This document shows, in pieces, positions 26,301 to 39,035 of a stretch of 64,000 nucleotides of DNA (position 1 is its first letter; every line of letters starts with the position of its first letter). The DNA is taken from NCBI GenBank assembly GCA_051942205.1, contig JAVECO010000018.1:124001-188000 (forward strand), given 5' to 3'. The notes under the pieces were generated by a model. The model saw only the letters and a program-made list of their open reading frames with translations. It did no database searches and was not told the origin of the DNA. The position numbers were made by a program, and so were the translations under genes. The DNA comes from Coniocarpon cinnabarinum. Its lineage: Eukaryota.

Positions 26301-29300
26301 TTCTCCACCAGTTATGAAGACACTTTCATCCGTGCACAGTGTCGGAATGTCTTGAGGATCAATGGTCTGAGCAAGTGCAGGAGTGAGGTCAACATGGGTG
26401 ATGCCCAATCTTCCAATAATCCCGCCTAGATCCTCAAATAGAATGTCTCTGGGGATACTCACAACAGTGATACCGACGCTCCAGGACCAGAAAAACTCTA
26501 ACACGCTAACATCAAAATGGTAGCCTGCAAACTGAAGCCATCGACTGTTGTCGCTCCATCTGAAAAGCCTTCGGAAGGCCATCATCGCTTGCACCACGTT
26601 ATCATGCGACAGATTGCAGCCCTTGGGAACGCCTGTGCTTCCAGACGTATAAAGGCAATATGCAGTGTCTTGAGACTGGACTTCGTGAGGTAACTGCGGC
26701 TGATGGTCAGAGATTCCAGAGATATTCATTTCGTCCATGGCGATGACGGGGCACGGTAAGTCGTTCCCGAAAGAGGGTGCGATGTCCGAGGTAGTCAGCA
26801 GAGCAGCAGCACCTGAGTCGCGGACAATAAATGCCTTGCGCGCCCTTGGAGCTGCATGGTCAATAGCGACAAAACCACACCCTACTTTAAGAATTCCGAG
26901 GATCGCGAAAGGCGCCTCCACACACTTGTTGAAGCATGTCGCCACAAGTGAACGCTGAGCAATGTGGCGATGGATCAGGAAGTTGGCAACTTTATTACCT
27001 TCATAGTCAATTTCTTTGTACGTCCACGACTCTCGCTTGACAGCCGAAGGCGTAACTGCAGAAACAAACTCAAATGCAACTTTCTTGGGAGATCGAGCGA
27101 CTGTTCTCTCAAAGAGCTCATGCAAGAGCCGAACCTCAGAACTGATGCGAGGCTGACTAGCTGGCGAGACTGAAAGCAAACTAGCACTGGATGGTTTTGC
27201 TCCTTGATCATCGACTTGAAGGATGTTTTTGAGATACATATCAATCTGTTTCAAAATGATTCGTGCGTGAGGCTTTGGGATCAAAGACGGAGGAAAGACC
27301 AAACGAAACGCGAGCTTGTCAACAGAGACTAGTTCGACTTCGAGTGACAAGCGATACTCCACGCTCGCTTTCGAGTCGACCAGCTCAAACATACGTTCAT
27401 CTGGGTCGCCCACGTGCTTTTGAAAAGTGAAAAGGGTATTGAACGGTGCAGATTCGCCTAGTCCAAGCCAGCGTTGTATCTTGTTCAGAGGAACGAACTG
27501 ATAGGCGGAGGAGCCTCGGCTGAACGACATCAAGCTTTGCAAGAGCTCACTGTTACTTTTACTGCAATCGGCAACGACGGGCGCAGTCGTAACACAGGGC
27601 AACACGGCGTTGTTCGCGGTGCTAGTCGATCTTCCAGCCATGACGTTCCCAAAGCAAACGATCTGATTGTCTGTATATGCAGACAAAATACGAGCCCATG
27701 CTGCTTGAGTCGCCGTTGGCAGCGTGGTCTGTTGATGCCGACAACTGGCCTGAAGAGCCAACACTGAGGCTGAGGAGAGCTCCTCCAGCACAATGGGATC
27801 GTGGGACTCGTTGTGCAATGGCGCTAAGTCTGGAAATGCATGAGCAGTGACTTGGCCCTCAAGAGCTCGCCAAAATTTTTCTGCCTCTTCAACACGCTTG
27901 CTACCAGCGAGAATATCGGAAAGCGTGGGATCAATGGTATCTTCAACAGGTCTTAGGTGGTCGCCGTTGAGAACCGCATGTAGATCGTTTAGAATAATGT
28001 CAAGCGATTTTGCATCAAAGACAGCGTGATGCATTCCCCAGTGAACTATGCACTTTTCTGGAGTATTTTGGATCAGCACTTGCCAAGCGGGTTCATGAAG
28101 ATGCTGGTAAAAATGATCTTTGGCAGACTTCCGCCACCGGCGAACGTCCACGTTGGCATCCAAAACCACCGGCAAGCTCACAGCGCGAGCTCGATATGTT
28201 AGCATTGCAAAGGAATAGTCTGGATCTTCGATCGAAACAAAGCCTGTTCTCAACATCTCATGTCTCTCGATCAGAAAATTGAACGCTTCTTCAATTTCTG
28301 ATGCAAGACGCGTTTCCTTCAGGCTTAAAGTAATATAGTTATAATAGCTTTTACCTTCAGAGATGACAAATTGCGCAAGCGCTGCACGCTGAAATGGTGT
28401 GCATGGTCTAAGTGACGCTACGCTGCTGCGTTTAATGTCCAAATTGCCACAAATTTGACTAATGTGTTGAGATTGGAAATGGCCAAAGTCAAAGCTCGAT
28501 CCAAAGGCTTGTTCATCCCGAGGTTTTCTGTCAAACGAAGCAACTGATGATATCCCCGAAAGTGTTGGGTTCTGAAGAATGCTAGTGGGCTCGACATCAA
28601 CACTTTGTTTTCCAAGTTCAATAGACACAATCACAGCACTAATACTGTCGAGTCCGAGTTGGTAGATATTCGTGTCTAGACCAATCTCATGCACGTCAAA
28701 TTTTGATACTAATGCTAGAACTTCGGCGATTATGCGTTGGTGGCCCGTCAGTGTCTGATATGCCCAGGTCAAGCGAGCAGGAGCCTTTTGGGTCTTCATG
28801 ATCGCAGTCAACTGCTTCTTGTCCACTTTACCCGCTGCAGAGAGTGGAATGCGATCGATGGATACAAATGAAGACGGTACCATGTAAGCGGGAAGCTGCC
28901 GACGGCAACCGGAATCAGCGGCATCTGTTATCTCTTGCTTGTCAGATTGCACTGAACCCACGATGAATGATACAAGCTGCGAGCCAGCACCCTGACAAGG
29001 TTTGAAAAACTGTGTTGAGACATCCGCGATTCGTGAATCACAGGTGCGAATGACATTGTTAATCTCCCCCAGCTCAACTCGCAGGCCGTGAATCTTGATC
29101 TGATCATCTACGCGTCCAACGAATTGGAAAGAGCCATCACTCAGGCTTCTCACAAGATCGCCGGTCTTGTAAAATCGCTGACCCTTGTGTGTGAGGAAAT
29201 GCTTGCGCGTGAGGCTCGTATTGTTGTAGTACCCACGTCCAACCTGCGGGCCCCCAATGTAAAGCTCTCCCAAACCAAACGCGGGTAGAACGTGACCCGC

Positions 29301-32300
29301 GGGATCCAAAACGACGAACGTAGTCCAGTCAAACGGTTTTCCAATCACCGCGGAGCTCATTTTGCTACCCATTTTACACACAGTTGAGCAGAATGCAGCT
29401 TCAGTCGGGCCATACGAGTTAATCAACAGACTCGTCCATGCCTCAACGACATGTCGTGTCAACGCTTCACCTATGCAATACAGCGTCAGGACTGAAGGTA
29501 CCTGTGATGGCTGGATCAATGATGCAACAGAAGGGGTCAAGTCCAGAAACGTAATCTCGAGTGAATTTATTACCCTGACCAGGTCGTTGTACATCAAAGC
29601 TTGGGAAGCTGAGCAAAGGCAGAACCCAAGAGACAAGGCCAAGAATGTGTCAAATATAGACATGTCGAATGTGACTGCAGCATATTGAAGTAGTCGTGAG
29701 GAAGAATTCCAGGGCAAGAGCTTACGCGATTGAACAATAGTTTGAACAGCGTTACGGTGCTCGACTTCTACCGCCTTTGGTGAGCCTGTTGAACCGCTCG
29801 TATAGAGACGGTAGGCTAAGTTCGTGGGTTTGACTGTCCTTTGAGAGGTAAATTTCAGGTTTGGAGAAAGGGCTGAAACATCAATTTGACAGCTTGTCGA
29901 CCAGACTGCTGAAGTGTCCTTGTTTACAAGCATAACTCGAGGGTGAAGCTCTTCTTCCATAAGCTTCTTTCGCGCTTCTGGAGCATCCACATCGAATGGC
30001 GTAAATGCGGCGCCAGTTTTTAAAACGCCAATTATGCTTGCATAATAAAGGGCACTCTTCGGCAAGTGGATCACGACAGAGTCTTCGACGGCAAGATCAT
30101 GGGTTTGAAGTGCTTGCGCGATGCCGTTAGCGAATCCATCCAGTTGCTCGAATGTCCAACAAGTCCTCGGCCCACTTGGTGCTAAGAAGTCTACAGCTAG
30201 TCTGTGAGGGTGAAACTTGGCATTCGTTTCGAACGCGGAATGCAGAAGATGCTGATGATCACTTGTGGAAGTTGCAGCTTCTGAGCGAGCACAGACTGGC
30301 GTGTCTGCTTCAACTGCAAGGTTTTCTGATGGAGTGCCTTCGGAACTGTATAAGTACATCAAGAAGAAGTCGAGAAATTGGGATATCACAAGGTGGGTAT
30401 CATTATCTAGTATTACAGATCTTCAAAAGGTCAGCTAGGCTCAGATGCTTGCGCTTTTGGCGACACTTGCCTTTTGGAATGAAGTGAGATCATTAGAGAA
30501 TTATTTCTGGAATTTGGAACGATCTCAAGTGCAACTGGGAACTACCGAAGAGTCAGCCGTTGTACAACGCATGAAAGGTTTGAAACTCGTTCTGACCTCT
30601 ATTTCACCGCGATCTTCCTCTAGACTCCATATCGAGTGGTCTAGCGAATTGTTAACGTGCTGAAGGATGAGGAGCGTATCGAAAAGTCGATGACCGCTAC
30701 AATCAGCCTGAGCCTGAATGCGTCTCAATGGTGTAAGCTGCCAACGCAAATGTGCTGCGTTGTCATCAACCAAAGATTGAAGTAGTTCCCGGTTTGTAGC
30801 ATGATCCTTGAATTTTACACGAACCGGAACAGTGTTAAAGCAAGGAGCAATGAGGCGTTCCAAGCCATCCATTGGGAGGCTTCGACAGCTCATGACATTG
30901 CCAAAGCAGACGTCAGCTGATCCCAAATACGTTTCGAGAAGCTTTGCCCAAGCTGCTTGACAAACACTAAGGAGTGTGATACAGTTTCGCTGACATTCGG
31001 TGAAGATTGCATCCAGTGGAAGAGGCACAATACGTTGCGTAGTTGAGGTATCGTCTGACAGTTTGGGAGCCTGGGGTGACATCCCAGTCAAGTCTGGAAA
31101 CATAGTAGGCTCCAAGTCGCGCAGATACGATTGCCAATATTCGTCGCTCTCTCCGTTGGCTTGACGCATTGCTTGTTCCAGGAAGGGCCTGAACGAAGGA
31201 GCTGGGGGAAGCTGTTCATTCTTAAAAATTGCCTCTACTTCCTGAAACAGGAGGTTAATTGCGATTCCATCATATAAAGCGTGATGTATCCACAGACGTA
31301 GTCGTTTCGTAGATGCGACAAATTCCAGGTGCCAGGGCGCTTTGCGAGTGTGTATGACTGACTGTCTTGCTTGATTGGGAATATTGCGTACAGCGGAATA
31401 GTTTTCCCAAGGCAAAGAAAGGTCAGATATCACGACTTGAACAAAGGGTAAGTTACCCATATTGGTTGACATAAAACGGGTGCGCAAAATCTCCTTCACA
31501 AGAAGAGTCAGTACGAGAAATTTGATGCACTCATCAAAATCTTTGATGGAGGGCAGTAGCGACACATGACGATCAGCGGCTCGGACTTACTTGTCTTGAC
31601 ACTACTTGTGCCCATGCCCGTTTCAATCTTTCATGATCAGCTGAAATCTCGAATTCTAAGTAATTGAAATGAGCTGATCTCGTAGCAAATCCATTTGCAG
31701 AGAGAAAGGCTTCTTGCAAAGGTGTACAAGGAAACACATGTTCCACGGATCCGAAAATCTGTTGGGCTTCAGCGCTTAGGGCGTTGAATGTCTGGTGATC
31801 TATAACGCTTGATGCTCTTTCGCCCTTTTCCGCATCCCCTGGCGATTCGTGCAGACAGTGAGCAAGTCTGGCGACAGATGGATGTTGAAGGATCGTTTGC
31901 ACATCTATGCTGTCGTTCTCCAGTCGCCTACGGAGTTGACTTGCAAGTGCAATGCCTGCCACAGAATCAATACCATAAGTGTAGAATGAGACGTTCCGCT
32001 GAATATCATTGGCAGAACACTCGACAAGCTTCGAAAGAACGTCACGGATCGGCTTCTCCAGATCAAGAACCGGTAAAGCATTGCAAGTCTCATTTTCTTC
32101 AGATTGTCGAGAGATTTTAGTTGATTCGCCCTTGGGCATCTCTGATAGTAAGTGCAACAGAGCGTGTCGATCAATCTTGTCATTAGACGTCATTGGCAAG
32201 GTATTAATGGGCACTAAAACGCGGGGACACATATAATCGGGAAGCTTTCTGAGCATCAAACCAAAGAGATCAGAGGTCTTTCTTTGGACGTCGGCATCTA

Positions 32301-35300
32301 AAGCGACGACATGCAGTGGTTGATGCTGCCGCACATGGTCTGGAATCCAGAATGATGCCAAATATTCTGGCTTATTATCTTTGCCAGTGACAGCAATTGT
32401 CGTGGACTGACTTACTGCCAAAGATGAGGAAAGAGACCCGTCGATCTCACCCAGCTCGACTCGCTGACCCCTGATCTTGACCTGATTATCGATTCGTCCG
32501 AAACACATCAGAGAGCCGTCCGAGAGCATGATTCCAGAGTCGCCCGATCTGTATATGCGTCCATATTTTGGGTGGTTGAGAATTTTGGCCTCTGTTAAGG
32601 CATCTTGGTTGAGATAACCTTTGAACACTTGCCTTCCCCCAAAACAAAGCTCTCCAAGCGCGCCTTTCGGCAGGATTTGGAAACCGGAAGCGTCAATGTC
32701 CAACACAAATGCAGAAGTGCCTGGAAGTGGTGGCCCAATGAGAAGGCTGCGCTGCGATCGACTACGGCAACGCTGAACCGTACAAATGTTTGTGGTCTCT
32801 GCCGGGCCATATCCCACGAACAGTCGATCGGCCCAATTCTGAACGAGTGTCTCTGTAGCGGCTTCACCAGCGGTGACAAGCATACGAACTTGAGGCACAC
32901 GCAATGGATCTATCAAAGCAGCTACGGTAGGTGTCATGCTCAAATGGGTGACTTCATGCTCTCTAATGAAACTTTCTATATCACGATAGAGGACATGCTT
33001 CCGAGCAGTTACCAGACACATTCCTTCACGCCATGCGTAAAAGGTGTCAAAGACGGAAACGTCAAATGCTTGAGAACATGACTGCAGATACCGTGAGTGA
33101 GAATCGTGATGACCTCCCGACGATGCGTATAGTTGGGCTAAAGACTCAATGTTAGTCGAAATGTTTTCCTGTGTGATTGCCACAGGCTTTGGAACGCCCG
33201 TAGTTCCTGAAGTGAGGACGACGTAAGCAGTGCTATCTGGTCGAAAATATGCAGAGATACCGGCTTTCTCGCTCGACGATAGGTCAACTTTGTTGACGTT
33301 TATAATTTGCAATCCGGGAATCATGAATCTGCAGTTGGCAATCTCTTCCTCCACAAGACAAATCCTGCTCTTTGTAACGTGCAAAGCTCTAGCCACACGA
33401 TCTGCTGGAGTCTCGGGAGCGATAGACATAAATGCAGCTCCTGCTTTGGCGATTGCTACTAAAGCGACAAAAAGATGTAGCCCTTTGTCCATCAGGTTGC
33501 ACACAACGTCGCTAGGTTGTACGCCTAATCTTCGAAGGTAGTGCGCTAGTAAGTTCGCTTTCTGATCGAGGTCTCGATATGTCAACTGATCCTTAGTGGG
33601 CCGGCTATCCTCAGTAAGTCGTATGTATTCCAATGCTACTCTCTCAGGGTCGTAGCTCGCCCATCTCTCGACCATTTGATTTAGAGAGTAACAGGGCTGA
33701 GCGGCGGGCGGGGACTGTGAAAAGGACAAGCAAGGTATAGTTAGTCGATTTACAAGCTCACGTGGAGTCTGCTTGAGACCACGAGACACCAATGCCTGGC
33801 AAGTTTCATCCACTTGGGCCATAAAATCCCGGGCTTCGGGATATGATATGGCATCTTCCTTATACGTTGTCGATAGCTGAAGGTGAGAGTGCTCTGGCTC
33901 TACCTCGAATAATATATTTTGTTCGACGCAGTCAATGGACGAGAGGCTGCATATCCAATCACCATCTCTGGGGTCTGCTCCACTCTGCTGCCAAACGAAC
34001 ACAACGTCAAACAACGCTTGAGAGGGCAATGCACCGACAGATGACTTGATTCGAGACATAGGAAAGCTTGCATGTCGTTGGGCGTCAAATATCTGTTGAG
34101 CTAAGCTTTCGACCAGAGTGCTCACTTCTCTGCTCTTGTCAACTGCCATACGCAAAGGGACGGTGCCAATGCAGGGGCCGGTAACATTTTCGATGCCAGC
34201 CAGCGAAAGCGTACGGCCTGCAGTGACTAAGCCAATGCTGACATCCTTTGAAGCTGTATAAAACGAAAGAGTAATCGCAAGTGCTGCAATGAACAACGTT
34301 TGAGGATGTACGTCGAGCATCTTAGCGACATTTTGGATTGTTGCCAAATCAACACAAGATGTTCTACAAATCTTGGAATTGCCAGCCTGCTCGACGACTG
34401 TTTTAGTGAGTGGTGGTAGTGGTGATCGTTGGAATGAGGTAAGTGTTCTCTTCCAATACGATTCAGCTTCCAAAGCTTCGTCAGAATCCAAATATGCGAA
34501 TACCGTCTGCGACTCAAGATGTTAGTGATCATCGAGTTAAGCTACATTCAAGTACGAATGCCAGCTCAGAAGCGTTGCAGACACCCCTGATGCATGCTCT
34601 CGCCCGAGTCATATACAAGACATGGAAGAAGGTCACTAACCTTGACAAATTCGTCGTAGGCAGGTCGTTGACCCACTGGGACATTCTGCAAGATGCGCGT
34701 CATATCGTTCACAATCAAATCCCACGACCATCCGTCGTACAACGCGTGGTGTATTTGAAAAGATCCAGTACACCCCATAGAGGAATCCTTAATTTCCACA
34801 CGGAATGGTCGTACTATGTCCAAAGCATGGCCGCTCTCAGATGATTCACTAAAACTTTCGACAACGCGTATTTGGCTGGGTTGACATTTCTTCCAAACCA
34901 CACGGGCGAAAGGGCTTTTCGAGTTGCCAGTGTGAACGAATCCAGACCTGAGCATTGGTGTTGTTTCCAAGAGTTTATGCGCCATGTCTTGGATACGGTT
35001 TGCGGAACACTTAAACTCAATCGTGATAGAGTTGCAGTACGTGTTTTGCTTTGCAATTGTTTCGGTAAGCATTGCTAATTGTATTGGGCTGCAAGGCAGA
35101 ATGTCCTCAAGACCGTCGAGATTCAGAAGGCGCTGATTCAGCACTGCTTCACGCACTGCTTCACGCAGGACACTCTTCATTGACGAATATTCGATTTCGC
35201 GCGGAGACCGGAGAGGGAGACTTGTAGCTTTTTGTTCTCGAATCCTCCGGGCCAGATTGCGGATTGAATTAGTGGAAAGAATGTCGACAGCACCCACGGG

Positions 35301-37571
35301 GTGCTTATGCGAGCTAAGAAGACTCGCCAAGCGTATCGCTTTGAGAGAATCAATACCATGGCTAGATAGCTTGGCAGTCGGAGATAAAGCGTGACCAAGG
35401 AAGTCACTCAGCGTTGAAGAAAGGCTCTGTTCTAACGCATCTCGAGGCCGTGATCGATGTTCATCGACCCCAGAGCTCTGTGAATCATAAGAAGATTGAA
35501 GCCGTTGCCGGTCAACTTTTCCAGAGGAAAGACGAGGAAAATCGTCTATGAGCACGACATCGGCAGGCATCATGAAGGATGGAAGCCAGAGCCGACAGGT
35601 TCTGGTGATCTCTTCCACGGATGTTTCAGCGCCTCTACTGGAAGCGAAAAGCACGAGTCGGTCTTCAAAGACACAAGCTACTGCCAGCTCTGTAGAAGTA
35701 TGACCCATCACTAAAAGTTCTATCTCACCTAATTCAATGCGTTGACCACGTAATTTGATCTGCCCGTGGCCGATCCGACCCAAGCACTCGAGGGTGCCAT
35801 CAGGTAGCAGTCGAGCTTTGTCACCAGTCCGGTAGAGTTTACCATAGCCTTTGAAATCAACAAATGCGCTCTCAGTCTCATGTGGTCTGTTGAGGTATCC
35901 GTCGGCCAATTGAAAGCCTCCAATCGCAAGCTCACCCACTTGGCCAAGTGGCAATATGCGTAAAAAGGATTTGTTTTCATCAAGGATATAAGCAGAAACA
36001 GTCGGTAGGGGACGCCCAATGTTGCCAACGATGCTTCTCGATGAAATGTGTCCTTGGAATGTGCAATGTACCACGGCTACAAACTCGCATCAGAAATGAA
36101 GACATCAGAGTAATTATACGCTCATGCCAGGATCGGACTCACCCTCTGTAGGACCATATGCCGCATGTAGTATGCCAGGACGAGCTGTGTGCGAACCGAA
36201 CTCGTCAATCACGGAACGAGTCAGCATCTCGCCTATGGTAGTCAAATGCCTTAAGCTAGGACATTTCCCACGATTTCGTAATAGAGTAGCGGCGACTGTG
36301 GGTGTGAGCTCGGCCGCGTCAACTTCCATGCGGTTGAGGACACCAGGGAGGTCGTTTAGGAGTCGTTGCCGATCACAACAAACAAGCACTGCACCTCTTG
36401 CGAAAGTGAGATATATTTCAATGATCGACACATCAAAAGTAGGCGCAGCAAATTGCAAGAAACTTGAATAAGGTGGTATTTGCTGTTCATGGGCAGCCAA
36501 TGATTGCATCATGGCTGCGTGAGACACTTTCACACCCTTAGGCTTGCCGGTGCTGCCTGAAGTGTACATAACATAACACAGTGACTCTGGGGCGCTGGCG
36601 TATGAGAAATTTGAATCGTATTTCGCTTGCGACGAATAGTCGTCTATGATGATGATTCTTTGCTCTAATTTTGGTAACTTTGCTGCGAAGGATTTGGTGG
36701 TGAGAATCACTGCGGCGTTTGTATCCTCGCACACAAAGCGTGTGCGCTCTTGCGGAGTATCGAGAGACATGGGACAAAATGCTGCACCAGCATAACTGAT
36801 AGCTAATTCCCCGATATACAGATCTGGCGATTGCGGGGCAAATATTGGAACGATAGCTTGTTCCTTGCGCAGCTCATATTCTCCTAAAGATCTGTGTATA
36901 GCCGATCCCAGCTCTTTTGACCTGATCAAAAGCGCGCGATACGAGAGATTCTCTTCCTCGTCTTGAGAGTTCAAGTATCGCACTGCAGGACGATCAAGTC
37001 CGATGTGGTTCTCGAGGACCTGGTGCAGGTGGTGCGATGTGTCGTACCGGTGTGGTTGAGGATTAGAGATTGACAATTGTACAGGGGCGATAGGCGGAAA
37101 CCCGTTCATCGCGGGTTTCTTGTCTCCATTTTCAGATAGAAAGATTTGTAACTGATGGCCTAGTTCTGACAAATGGTCAGACGGTATGACACTGTTTGAA
37201 ATCAGAATTCCCCGTCGATTTTCAGGGTCATGTTGAAGCCACAGACTCGGCGCTGCAGTCTGGACCGTTGTACCAAAGCTGACACCGGTCGAGATCGTTC
37301 CCTGTGCAGCGTCCACTGCATCAACTGGGCACTGGATAGTGCCAGCATCACAAAACTCAAAGTCTACCTCAACGGGTCCAGAATCACTCTCGAAATAGAC
37401 GGTCTGATGCCCGGAGTATGCGCGCAGCATTTGTGCCCATGCCTGAAGAATTTGCTCGCGGGAACGGTGGAATCCATGGTACGCCGGGACCTCGCTTAGA
37501 CCAGATATGCTGTCAAAGTCTTGAATTTCGCTGCGAAGAGTGGGAAAGGGCGTCAGGCGGGACGTGGCCAT
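20318..37571 (-). CDS. NPS2: Ferrichrome/ferricrocin-type siderophore NRPS (NPS2/SidC family), A-T-C-A-T-C-A-T-C-A-T-C-T-C-T-C, 7 exons, ~5,596 aa
   Basis: Exons 37571-36143, 36076-34641, 34506-31591, 31493-30597, 30541-30471, 30420-26222, 26160-20318 total 16,791 nt in one frame. Four A domains (YTSGSTGKPKG, TSGTTGVPKP, YTSGSTGSPKA, YTSGSTGVPKG), six T motifs G(I/L)DS, and six C motifs (HHALYDG, HHALYDG, HHAVFDA, FHGLYDG, SHALYDG, HHALYDG). Clustered with sidA. Confidence 0.93.
30421..30470 (-). other. Non-canonical GC-AG intron (intron 5 of the NRPS)
   Basis: AG|GCAAGT donor, GCTGAC branch site, TTTTGAAG acceptor. Retention gives an in-frame TGA, and the nearby GT donor gives a frameshift and stop. 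Confidence 0.85.
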
Positions 37572-37725
37572 TACGATTGTGCTTTTTCTCGCCAGGTAGG
37601 TAGCAACCTAGTCAGGTGGAAGTGAACTTGTAAAAGTGAGAATCTGGCGCGTCATGACAGGAAATCCGAGCACACTGTGACAGCATGTTCGCTGAGGGTG
37701 GCAATGAGCAGTGAAAACTGCTAAC

Positions 37726-37746
37726 GATTGGTCGTGATTGGTCGTG
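37726..37746 (-). promoter_or_regulatory. Tandem 10-nt repeat carrying two CCAAT boxes upstream of the NRPS
   Basis: GATTGGTCGT x2 on +, giving two CCAATC boxes on the NRPS strand, ~160 nt upstream of the ATG. Confidence 0.4.
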
Positions 37747-39035
37747 TTTGCAGCGAAACGGCGTCTATAACGACGGAGACGAGAGACGCGAGGTCTTAGG
37801 CGCAAAGATCTCATTGAGTCGGACATTTTGTAAAGAGACAACAACGGGCAGGCGCGCTTTAGCGGACCAACAATGATTTAAGGGTGGAGTCTAGACGAAG
37901 CCGTGGAGCGTGCTAAGGGAAGGAGACGAATAGCGTATAATGCTCAATCATTGGGAGCACGGAGGTACCGTGTGTGACTGTGGGCGAGAGGGCGCTGACA
38001 ATGGAAGGTGAAGCAGTGCACGGGCCGCATGGCATCATTCGCCCGAGAGAGATCTCCGGCCGTTGGCGATCGTAGGGCTGACTAGTCCCTCTCCCGCAGA
38101 AACATTATTCCGACGCACACACAGACACACGCAGTCATCCATAGTACATCCTCGTCCTGCGCATACGTCCATTGCATGTGCAGATGTATGCAAGTCATGA
38201 TCTCACCATCGCCCAAGGCTTTAGTCACAGAATGGTCCCGGTGCAGGGGGTGCAGCAAATCACGCTGCGAACGGCACATGTCGTTGTGGCGCATCTGCGC
38301 ATATGCCCTGCCGTATGAGAATTCACGCACAGACTGGGCAAGCACTCCGGACCCTCAATCTAACACCTTTTATCCTTTATCCACATCTGCAAGATGCGCA
38401 TTGGATGTATCCACATGAGGCCCATGCATTGGCTCGGCCTCCAACTGCCTTTTCCCGTCACATCATGGCTTGACTGCTGATGACACTGTTCAGGCTCATG
38501 CCGGCTCTCGTGTCGGCTCTATCAAGCGGTCGACGGTGCAGTGTCGCCATGCATACTACAGCATTGTCCTTGACCAGCATCGGTTGACAAGATGACTAGC
38601 GGGTTCCCGGTCTTCGGACGTGTCCTGTGCGAACATGTCCCTTGGGACGCGATCTGCAATTCGTCTTCCCGGCTTGTCTGCACCCCAGTCGCCTCGGTAC
38701 CTGCATGGCGTTCAGACGCCGATGATCAATGTTTTGATACTTTCAAAATGTCATTTGCCACCAGCGAGATAGTTCGTCATGCAATAGTACGGTGCGACGG
38801 TAGATTCCGCAGGCTCCGCTCGCCTGGCCTTGTCCTGGCCTTTTTGACTTCAGTTCCTGCACGAATGTCTGCACGTGGAAAAGGTCTCTTTTCAAGGATT
38901 CGCAGAGCCTCTCTGCGCTCTTTGGCCACAATGCCTATCGTTAAGTGCTCTTGTTGCATCGAGTGTATGAAGTTTGAATCCGGATTCACCACAGAATGAG
39001 ATCTGCTCTGGATCGCCTCTGCCCTCTGTGACAGG

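Noticed and set aside
20318..37571. Six separate NRPS ORFs suggesting several genes or a pseudogene
   Set aside because: Six introns with branch and acceptor signals (one GC-AG) join all pieces into a single open frame.
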